Source of the DNA: Candidatus Angelobacter sp. Gp1-AA117
GTDB lineage: Bacteria > Acidobacteriota > Terriglobia > Terriglobales > Acidobacteriaceae
Assembly: GCA_003223515.1 (NCBI GenBank)
Contig: QHVI01000026.1
Coordinates: forward strand, 18,345-82,344
Length of the DNA: 64,000 nt
Direction of reading: 5' to 3'
The notes below the pieces were generated by a model. It had not been told where the DNA came from and searched no databases. It saw nothing but the letters and a program-made list of their open reading frames with translations. The position numbers and the translations under genes are program-made. Positions 57,001 to 64,000 of this stretch are shown piece after piece. How positions within the stretch are numbered: the first letter of the stretch is position 1; each line of letters begins with the position of its first letter.

Positions 57001-58857
57001 TCCACCATCGTCCACAATTATCTGGGCAGTGACAAAGATGCCCAGGTTTCGCTCGATACCAGGGGAATTCAGCTTCAGGATCCCGGTACGCGCCAGGTTC
57101 CCGTTGCCAGCAAGGGCGAGCAGCGCCAGGATTGGCACATCCACACCCCCAACGTGCGTGAATCCACCCTGCTGGCCAAGGCGCTTACCAATGAAGAGTC
57201 GGATGCGCTGGAACTGACGCTGCCGGTCATTCCCTTTGGCGTGAAGCTGGCAGACAGCAAGGCTGGCGCAATCAGCGCGCCCACCGGACAGGAGCAGGTC
57301 TCGATCAACTTGCCCGGCGATCCCGCTACCGCTGCGCCCGGCATGAAGATCACGGTAAGCTCGTCGATTGCTGGAAGCATCTTCAGCGCCCTCGATTACC
57401 TTACCTCTTATCCCTACGGATGCACTGAGCAGACCATGTCCAGCTTCCTGCCCAATGTGATCGTGGCCCAGGCCATGAAAGACCTGAAGCTGCAATCCAC
57501 CGTCAACAGCGCCGACCTGAACAAGAAAGTGCAGGCCGGGATGGAGCGCCTCTATGACTTCCAGCATGAAGATGGCGGCTGGGGCTGGTGGAAGGAAGAC
57601 CAGAGCATGGTCTTCATGACCGCCTATGTGGTGAGCGGCCTGGCCCAGGCCAAAGCCGTCGGCTATGACGTGAAAGACGAGGCGCTCAAGAATGCCGAAA
57701 ACTGGCTCAAAGGCCAGCTTGCCGCGCACGAGCGCATGAAACCCGATCTGCGCGCCTACGTGGTTTATGCTCTCGCGCTCGATAAAGCCTCTGACGCCAG
57801 AATGCTCAATGATGCCTGGAAGGCGCGTGGCGACATGAATGCCCAGGGACTTTCCATGCTGGGCCTGGCGCTGGCCGCCAACTCCGACAGCCGGACACCG
57901 GAGATTGCCTCACTTCTGGAGAAGCAGGCCATCAGCGATGATGCTATTGCCCGCTGGAAGAGCGATTACGACTCCTTCATGGAGTTCTATATCGACGACT
58001 CCGCGGAAACCACCGCCTATGCTCTGCGCTTCCTGAGCCTCGTCCATCCTGATAGTCCGCTGCTGCCCAAAGCTGCGCTGTGGCTGGTGGAGCACCGTGA
58101 TGGCGGCTATTACTGGATCAGCACCAAGCAGACCGCCATGGTCATCTTCGGGTTGACCGAATACGTGAAGATCAGCCACGAACTGGATGCCGATTTCACC
58201 GCTGACGTGTTCGTGAACGATACCAAGGTGCTCACGCGCCGCTTCACCCGCCAGGATGCCATGAACAGCAGCGTCCCCGGCATAACTCTCCCCAGCGACC
58301 AGCTTCGCTCCGGGAACAACGCCGTTCGCATCCAGAAGTCGGGAGCCGGCCGGCTCTACTGGTCGATGCGTGGCGAGTATTATTCCACCGAGAAGAAGTT
58401 CTTCCAGAACAACAAACTCTCGTTGAACATTACCCGCGATTACTACCGGCTCTCGCCCCAGCAGAAAGACGGCCGCATCGTCTACAATCTCGACCCGCTT
58501 TCCGGCGACGTCCATTCCGGCGACGTGATCGCCGTGCGCCTGAGCGTGAACGGCAGCGACTGGCGCTACCTGCTGGTGGAAGATCCCATTCCCGCAGGAG
58601 CGGAGTTCATCACCCAGGACCGGGGCTATGAGTTGAATACCAAAGTCGATTGGTGGGGATTCTGGTTTACCCGCCGCGAGTTCCATGATGACCATGCGGC
58701 GTTCTTTGAAACCTGGTTCGGTGGCCACCGCGAGTACGTCTACCTGCTCAAGATCGTGAACCCCGGCAAGTTCCGCATCAGCCCCGCGTCCGTGCAGCCT
58801 ATGTACCAGCCTTCAGTCCTGGCCACCACCGATGCCGCCACCATGGAGGTAAAGTAA
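54073..58857 (+). CDS. Bacterial alpha-2-macroglobulin family protein with intact thioester motif
   Basis: ~1590 aa. Signal peptide RVLVLLAFCLLPTLSHA|AEP, repeated MG-like beta-sandwich segments, thioester GCTEQ (TGCACTGAGCAG at 57421-57432). The start is uncertain: ATG 54073 lies 3 nt after the DUF1175 stop, while TTG 54166 lies directly before the signal peptide. Confidence 0.9.
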   Translation: MLHKSDVSSTQPADGVAGFHLPIYQITSLPILRVLVLLAFCLLPTLSHAAEPYFSVSTDRTFMPGEKATVHLYTRDIQALEFRLYRVNDPTLFFEKLGDVHGFGHTSPKEQIDEKTWIERFHDWKHGIWVDIRNFFRSQFSAHSRTLIRESQGEASKSRTPATMFAQMPLLNSKQLVARWRQDVPPRFFSERQDVPIEKLDKGVYVIEATDGHLRAYTLLVVTELAVVTKSAPGQLLAFAVDRKTGAPIADTKINLWASKKQQGSAQTDSQGLALLTVASARFDDVRIIGIHDKDVALVAPYYFNISSNPGEDWVGYIYTDRPVYRPGHTVHFKGILRTRNGERYRVPAGRQVQVKIEDPTSKQVFQTSVFVSPFGSIHGDFTVPQDAALGYYSISVTLAADKASQPGGGGDEEGGEGGRAYIGGGFHVEEYKKPEYIVTVTPEKQHLLQGDAINATIEAKYYFGEPVANAEVKYVVHRSTEWSYLFGDQDQSDFGEGDEGGEGGQYDDNDYQGEQLSEKSGKLDAGGKLRISVPTTLNERKRDTRYRIEARITDESRREISGHNAVIATYGSFQIGVEADKYLYNPGEAINLIALAKDYDGNPVQTTIHAELLAYDYSSRSGKTLDSSDGPTGKDGTAHLKLTAREKANEIRIIARTPEGREVESDTWLWVTSRDYGWGRERQQVQIIPDKKSYKPGDTAHLLVMTNDVPQTHLLVTTEGRTIRSRQVLKSTGSSTTVSIPITSEDEPNVNVSVAFVYKDTLYNGAKSLKVPADEQKLNITVEPSQPQFKPGEPAVYNIVARDAGGQPVVGEFSLGVVDESIYAIQPDSAGDPHQFFYGTVYSRVNTQSSFSFYFTGEAGTKPMILAGGAGGFGDGATRGRLAQLKPSEPLVQPKVRKVFPDTALWLADIRTDQNGHAQAQLTFPDSLTTWRATVRGATMDTRVGSALNRVIVRKNLMVRLAVPRFFRQGDDVTISTIVHNYLGSDKDAQVSLDTRGIQLQDPGTRQVPVASKGEQRQDWHIHTPNVRESTLLAKALTNEESDALELTLPVIPFGVKLADSKAGAISAPTGQEQVSINLPGDPATAAPGMKITVSSSIAGSIFSALDYLTSYPYGCTEQTMSSFLPNVIVAQAMKDLKLQSTVNSADLNKKVQAGMERLYDFQHEDGGWGWWKEDQSMVFMTAYVVSGLAQAKAVGYDVKDEALKNAENWLKGQLAAHERMKPDLRAYVVYALALDKASDARMLNDAWKARGDMNAQGLSMLGLALAANSDSRTPEIASLLEKQAISDDAIARWKSDYDSFMEFYIDDSAETTAYALRFLSLVHPDSPLLPKAALWLVEHRDGGYYWISTKQTAMVIFGLTEYVKISHELDADFTADVFVNDTKVLTRRFTRQDAMNSSVPGITLPSDQLRSGNNAVRIQKSGAGRLYWSMRGEYYSTEKKFFQNNKLSLNITRDYYRLSPQQKDGRIVYNLDPLSGDVHSGDVIAVRLSVNGSDWRYLLVEDPIPAGAEFITQDRGYELNTKVDWWGFWFTRREFHDDHAAFFETWFGGHREYVYLLKIVNPGKFRISPASVQPMYQPSVLATTDAATMEVK

Positions 58858-59669
58858 TGTCCCTCTGGAACTCCTTGCGAGAAACCCTGATTGCCACGCT
58901 GCGCCACCGCCGTCTCTGGCTGATTCAGTTCTTCGCCAATCTTCTGCTCATGCTGTGGGTGGTGGGCATCGTTCACATGCCTGATTCGTATGCGTGGCAG
59001 GTGATAGCGAGCATCCTGATGATCGCCTTGCTGGTGGTGATGGTTGCCATTCTGCAGGGCGGCACGCTGAACTATTGTCTTGAAACCGACAGGAACAAGG
59101 CCTCCGCGCTCCAGCCGCCCTTCTGGAACGCCCTGAAGCATGTCGTGCCGGTCATCCTCCTGATGGTCATCCTCTATTTTCTGTATGACCTCATCGGCCG
59201 CCTCGATAATTACCAGTACTCTTTCCCTCGCTATCTGCGCTCCGAATTTCCGGCCTGGCTGCGCCGCATCGTCAGCGAGCCTGCCGTCCGTGGCCTCTAC
59301 AGTGCATTCCTTACCTTCCTGCGCTGCATCCTGCTCCCCGGCCTCTTCCTGCCGCTGGCGCTGCTGTGTGCCGACCGCAACTTCCGCGGCTTCTTTCAGC
59401 TCCGCATCTGGCTGCGCATGCTGCTCAACCTTGCCTGGTGGATCGTCGTGATCGTCGCCTGGTTCCTGGGCATCTGGTGCGTCGCCAAGCTCCTGCACTG
59501 GACGCTTGACCCCAAGACCGCCTCTCTTCACGGCGAACAAATCTGGCTGGCCTTCCGGCTGATCGTTTCCTGTTTGCTGGCCATCTTTAGCTGGCTGTGG
59601 GTTTGCACCTTGCTGGCGAGGGCACGGATCAAGGCAGAAGCCGCAATGGAGAAATCACCAGCAGTGTGA
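58857..59669 (+). CDS. Polytopic membrane protein, hypothetical
   Basis: 270 aa with about 6 hydrophobic helices. Its ATG overlaps the alpha-2-macroglobulin stop (TAATG). Confidence 0.55.
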   Translation: MSLWNSLRETLIATLRHRRLWLIQFFANLLLMLWVVGIVHMPDSYAWQVIASILMIALLVVMVAILQGGTLNYCLETDRNKASALQPPFWNALKHVVPVILLMVILYFLYDLIGRLDNYQYSFPRYLRSEFPAWLRRIVSEPAVRGLYSAFLTFLRCILLPGLFLPLALLCADRNFRGFFQLRIWLRMLLNLAWWIVVIVAWFLGIWCVAKLLHWTLDPKTASLHGEQIWLAFRLIVSCLLAIFSWLWVCTLLARARIKAEAAMEKSPAV

Positions 59670-60443
59670 AGTGCCCTCGCTAACCGGCATGTCGGCATCA
59701 GCGGTATTGAAAACAATGAAGTACTGGAGTTTTGTCGACGACCACAAGCTATTTTCGACGGCTTGAGAGGCTTTTTTCGACGACCTAGAGCGATTCCAGT
59801 AAAGCTGTAGTCCAGCGGTTCAATCAATATTCAGTTTTCAAAGAGCAGATACAGCACGCCACCTGGGTGACGCTGTAACACTATTACTATAGAAACTGGA
59901 AGTCAAGGGGCAGGAGACCAAAATTCAGGGTCAAATTTAGAGCAGTTCCTCCAAGGTCCAAAGCAGGGACCAAAAGCGGCGTGGAGATCAGAGATTTCGT
60001 TGGGCTATATCAATTCAGGAACCGCTCCAGACCTGCTTTACCGTTCTGCCAAATGTCCGATCCATGCCATCGCACGTAAGCAGGCGCCATATCCACGCAG
60101 GTTGAGATGACCGGCCTCTGCCTAAGTGCGGTAACTCCCATGCGATTGCCTTGATTAAAGGCGCTTGACAAATCCAGAGTTCCTGGATTTCAATGATGTT
60201 CAATGTAGTTGGAAGTCTACTTGAGATTCCCTGCTCAGGTATTTCGATGATGCCGCAGACGTTCACCGGCAGTGAAGATTAAGGCAAAGGTAAAGGCCTC
60301 ATTCTCTGAAATATAATTTGCTGCGATCCGGGTATCTCACCATGCGCACCCGTTACCGCAGCGCAATAGATGCTTTTGTCCAGACCACGTTGCCGCCTGC
60401 AGGTTATTTACGCAAAAGCCGGGTGAAGCGGAGTTTTGCCTTG

Positions 60444-60469
60444 CTAGAATGGCGCTGCCGCCATTCTAG
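60444..60469 (+). promoter_or_regulatory. Perfect 11-bp-stem hairpin/palindrome 65 nt upstream of the RHS start codon
   Basis: CTAGAATGGCG-CTGC-CGCCATTCTAG. Confidence 0.4.
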
Positions 60470-60533
60470 GAAATATCGCCGTACAGAGGGCCCCCGATTT
60501 TCATTTCTTATAGCTGGTAAGAGGAGAGAGGCA

Positions 60534-63500
60534 ATGAAGCCCCAGTATGTTCCCGCCTTATCCAGGTATTGTTCCACTGCAACTTTCATGATCGTGCTGA
60601 TATTGTCAGCTTGCATGGCTGCCGCCCAGACTCAGCCGGGCCTCGACAATGGCTTTAAGCCATACGGCTCTTACGATGGCAGCAACCTGGACAGCATCAG
60701 CCTCATGGACGGCAATTTCCTGCTGCATGCGCCGGTTGAAACCGATGTCCCGCAGCGCGGAAACCTGAGTTACCAGCTTCTCATGTATCTGTCGTCGCAG
60801 AACTGGTCAGGAGCTTGCGACACCGCCAATGGACAATCGGGAAACTGCTATTGGTCGTATGGCGGCACAGGAGTCACTTTTGAATTTAGCGGGCAGATCA
60901 GCCTCCACCGTTACCTGACCATAGGCGGCGGTCCAGGACTTCCTCCGGATTACTCGGTTGGCGGGTACAGCCTGAGCACCTGGGACGGAGCCAAGCACGG
61001 GCTGCAGGACATCTCCAATGGAGCCATGACCTCCTTTGAAAGCGTGGATGGCACCGGCTATCACATCACCATGAGCAATCCCGATAGCTATGGGATTCCA
61101 AGTGTGGCCCTGGTTACCGACCGGCAAGGCAGCCAATACCTGCTGCAGCAGACCTTACAGCACTGCTCCCGGCTTACGGCACAGCCGCACTACGTGATTG
61201 GAGACCACGCCATCATCTATGACAGTTTCTTCACCGGTGATCGGCAGTGCGAAGAAGTGTTGACGCCTGTTCAAGTCACCGATAAGAACGGCAACCAGAT
61301 TACCGGGTTCAATCGTACCGGCGCTGCCGCCATCGATACCCTGGGAAGGCAAGCCTGGCCGAGGGTGAGCACCACGCTCAGCAGCGACTCAAGCGGCTGC
61401 GCAAACACGCTGCCTTTTGCCAATGCCACATTGATGAGCTATACGGGGGCCAACGGAGTTACCCGCACCATCAAGGTGTGTTATGGAACCATCAGCCTGC
61501 AGACCAACTTCGGCGTGCCCAATGTGGCGGAGATCCAGAACAACCCTAAGGGCATTCCCAACACCTCTCAGCATGTCACCACGGTGATCCTGGCCGACGG
61601 CAGCAAGTGGGTATTTACCTATGACAGCTATGGCAATGTCACGAATATGACTTTGCCGACCGGCGGCTCAGTCGCGTATACATGGGTAAACTTCACGGCA
61701 CCCTTATCCTCGCCCTGCACCAAGACGCCATCCAAGCGCGTCATCCAGCAGCGCACGGAAACCGATATCCATGGCAACAGCTCTTCCTGGCAGTATCACT
61801 GGGGAGTGGCGCAGGCCGATGGCAGCCTGACGAATGTGGTCACGGATCCTTTCGGGAACGATACCACCCATGTTTTCAGGAAGCTCGTGACTGCTTCTGA
61901 TGCCTGCCCGCAATATGAGACCAGCACGCTCTACTATCAAGGCTCACAGGGCACCGGGACCTTGCTCCGGCAGGTGGATACCGCGCGCGGTTTGTTGACA
62001 TTCATCGCAGATGCGGCGGGGGTGGCCAATCCTATGCCCACCGACATCACCACCACGCTTTATCCATCAGGAAAAGTGAACCTGGTGCACAAAGATTATG
62101 ATCCCGGTCCAGCCAATGGCGGCAGCTATGGCAATGTGACGGCTGAAAAAATCTATGACTGGGGGCCGGGCAGGCCGGGGCCGCTGCTGCGCGAAACCGA
62201 CACTGTCTACAAGTGGCAGCAGGACACCACCGGAGGTTACCAGAATGCCCATCTGATCGATCTTCCTTTTTCGGTCAGCGTGAAGGATGGAAGCGGCTGC
62301 GTCTTGTCCCAAACTGAATTTGCTTATGATGAAACCGCAGTTGTGCCTTCCGGACTTGGCTCAGCGCAACAGGTATCTGCGCCGCCCAGCAGTCTGCGTG
62401 GGAACCAGACCTCGGTAAAAAAATATCTGTGGAACCTTGCCACCGGCTCCTGTGCTGCAGCGCCGGGCCAGCCCTCTATCATTAGCCACGCCACCTGGTA
62501 TGACACCGGAGAACTTTATCAGCAGAGTGATCCGCTGGGACACACCACGACCCACTCTTACGATCCAGGCTATTGGGGCGGCTATTCCACCAAGACCTGC
62601 AATGCGCTGAAACAGTGCGTGAGCGGAACGTACGATTTCAATACAGGTCTGCTGACCAGCTTCACTGATGCCAATGGCAGCTCTCAGGCCAGTGGAACCA
62701 CTCCGGGCGATCCGGCCCACACTACTACTTATCAGTACAACGATCCGCGTGACCGCCTTACGCTGGCACAACTCCCCGCGGACAACAACGGCAGCCATCC
62801 CCAGATGGGTTTCAGTTATCCGAGCCTCACCCAGGTAGACCACAGCAGGAGCATCACGGCCACGGTCAGTGACGTCTCGCATATTTTGTATGACGGTCTG
62901 GGGCGGGTCACCACCACACAGCACGAGACGCCCAGCGGTACAGCCAACGTGGAGACCATCTATGACGCCGCCGGGCGGGTGGCTTCGGTCTCCCATCCGT
63001 ATTTCACCAGGACTGATCCCACCTATGGCGTGACCAGGACTGATTATGACGCTCTGGGGCGGGCCATCAGGACGACCAGGCAGGACAACAGCATCAGCAC
63101 CGCCGATTACAGCAGCGGCGATAACTGCGTGATCAGCAGCGATGAAGCCGGCAAGCAGCGCCGCGCGTGCAGTGACGCCCTGGGACGCCTCACCAGTGTG
63201 GATGAACCCGGTGACGCAACTGCTGCGGCCTCTCCTGTCGCCACCACAGGCACTCAGGCCAGCGCCACTGTGACTGTCACCGGGGCAGAGCAGTTTGCGA
63301 CCATCCCCGATCCCAGTGGGGGAGGCGGAGGAATCGGAGGTGGTGGAGGCTGCGATCCAGGACTGATTTGTGATGGTAGCGGCGGTGGCGGCGGTGGTGG
63401 AGGAAGCGTCACGATTGGCGACTCGGGCACGGTTTCTGTCACCATCAACCAGCACACCTATACGGCGTCCTATGGTGGTGCAGATACGCCCGCTACCATT

Positions 63501-64000
63501 GCGGCAACCCTGGTCACGGCCATCAATGCGGATTCATCATCGCTCGGAGTAACAGCCAGTGCTTCCGCAGGCACACTATCGCTGACCTCCATCGCTGCCA
63601 GCAGTGCAGGAAGCTTCACGGTGACTACCTCCCGCACCTGGGATACCGCTCATTTTGTCCAGGGATCATTTAGCGCAACCGTCAGCAACATCAGCGGCGG
63701 CACAGATGGCGTGGTCTTCGGCGGACATGCCTACACCACACTCTACAGCTATGATGCTCTGGGTAATCTGCTTCAGGTCACGCAGCAGGGCGGCACGACC
63801 ACCCAATCTTTGTGGCGGGTGCGGACGTTTACCTATGATTCACTGGGACGGCTGCTGACTGCCAGTAATCCCGAATCAGGTACGATCAGCTACGCCTACG
63901 ACAGTGACGGCAACCTGCTCTCAAAAACCGATGCGCGTGGCATTTCCACCATCTACACCTATGATCCATTGCACCGGCTGACGAAGGAACAATATTCGGA
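60534..64000 (+). CDS. RHS/YD-repeat protein, 5' part (>1150 aa); continues beyond window end
   Basis: Absent from the ORF track (no stop in the window). Hand translation in the frame of ATG 60534 gives MKPQYVPALSRYCSTATFMIVLILSACMAAAQTQPGLDNGFKPYGSYDGSNLDSISLMDGNFLLHAPV.... Mid-gene reads ...TWYDTGELYQQSDPLGHTTTHSYDP...GTYDFNTGLLTSFTDANG, and the end reads ...YTYDPLHRLTKEQYS, all in the same frame. These are typical YD repeats. SD GAGGAGAGAGG. Confidence 0.85.
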   Translation, partial: MKPQYVPALSRYCSTATFMIVLILSACMAAAQTQPGLDNGFKPYGSYDGSNLDSISLMDGNFLLHAPVETDVPQRGNLSYQLLMYLSSQNWSGACDTANGQSGNCYWSYGGTGVTFEFSGQISLHRYLTIGGGPGLPPDYSVGGYSLSTWDGAKHGLQDISNGAMTSFESVDGTGYHITMSNPDSYGIPSVALVTDRQGSQYLLQQTLQHCSRLTAQPHYVIGDHAIIYDSFFTGDRQCEEVLTPVQVTDKNGNQITGFNRTGAAAIDTLGRQAWPRVSTTLSSDSSGCANTLPFANATLMSYTGANGVTRTIKVCYGTISLQTNFGVPNVAEIQNNPKGIPNTSQHVTTVILADGSKWVFTYDSYGNVTNMTLPTGGSVAYTWVNFTAPLSSPCTKTPSKRVIQQRTETDIHGNSSSWQYHWGVAQADGSLTNVVTDPFGNDTTHVFRKLVTASDACPQYETSTLYYQGSQGTGTLLRQVDTARGLLTFIADAAGVANPMPTDITTTLYPSGKVNLVHKDYDPGPANGGSYGNVTAEKIYDWGPGRPGPLLRETDTVYKWQQDTTGGYQNAHLIDLPFSVSVKDGSGCVLSQTEFAYDETAVVPSGLGSAQQVSAPPSSLRGNQTSVKKYLWNLATGSCAAAPGQPSIISHATWYDTGELYQQSDPLGHTTTHSYDPGYWGGYSTKTCNALKQCVSGTYDFNTGLLTSFTDANGSSQASGTTPGDPAHTTTYQYNDPRDRLTLAQLPADNNGSHPQMGFSYPSLTQVDHSRSITATVSDVSHILYDGLGRVTTTQHETPSGTANVETIYDAAGRVASVSHPYFTRTDPTYGVTRTDYDALGRAIRTTRQDNSISTADYSSGDNCVISSDEAGKQRRACSDALGRLTSVDEPGDATAAASPVATTGTQASATVTVTGAEQFATIPDPSGGGGGIGGGGGCDPGLICDGSGGGGGGGGSVTIGDSGTVSVTINQHTYTASYGGADTPATIAATLVTAINADSSSLGVTASASAGTLSLTSIAASSAGSFTVTTSRTWDTAHFVQGSFSATVSNISGGTDGVVFGGHAYTTLYSYDALGNLLQVTQQGGTTTQSLWRVRTFTYDSLGRLLTASNPESGTISYAYDSDGNLLSKTDARGISTIYTYDPLHRLTKEQYS

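Noticed and set aside
59730-59830. tmRNA/tRNA-like fragments: the TTCGACGG strings resemble the tmRNA 5' region, and GTAGTCCAGCGGTTCAATC resembles a D-arm/T-arm.
   Set aside because: No acceptor stem, T-loop stem, CCA-proximal helix or tag reading frame can be built. The resemblance is limited to 8-12 nt.

Overview
This 64-kb chromosomal segment looks acidobacterial. That is an inference from two giant CarboxypepD_reg-type TonB-dependent receptors, GC-rich coding DNA, and short oligonucleotide 'word' repeats filling most intergenic spacers.

Core genes: a Cys/Met-metabolism PLP enzyme, dnaG-rpoD, pyrD, serS, a LolA-like protein, an M61 peptidase, an Rsm22-like methyltransferase, and a substrate-binding protein + sensor kinase + sigma54-type response regulator.

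Accessory content:
1. lanC-lanB class I lanthipeptide genes at the left edge. lanB was found by hand translation and runs off the window.
2. A ~6.7-kb low-GC island (26.3-33.0 kb). It encodes an exported 14-blade WD40 protein, a small Cys-rich secreted protein, an exported helical protein and a membrane-spanning patatin-like phospholipase. This is my best candidate for an undescribed envelope-associated conflict/defence module, but that reading is inference only.
3. A fused GH18-like/CE4/GT2 exopolysaccharide enzyme.
4. A second low-GC islet with an IS1-family element and a 25-codon hydrophobic ORF that has its own SD and terminator (type I toxin-like).
5. A DUF1175 + thioester alpha-2-macroglobulin operon.
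6. An RHS/YD-repeat protein running off the right edge (hand-found).

Oddities:
- a rhodanese gene with an in-frame TGA at a Cys-type position followed by a hairpin (selenocysteine candidate or pseudogene);
- an MFS pseudogene with an internal deletion;
- a frameshifted DUF1175 gene;
- a ~190-nt multi-hairpin element closed by a 15-bp helix;
- a 95-nt dispersed repeat;
- heptamer tandem arrays abutting a start codon.

No rRNA, tRNA or CRISPR array was seen. All coordinates and motifs come from reading the sequence by eye. No database search was run.
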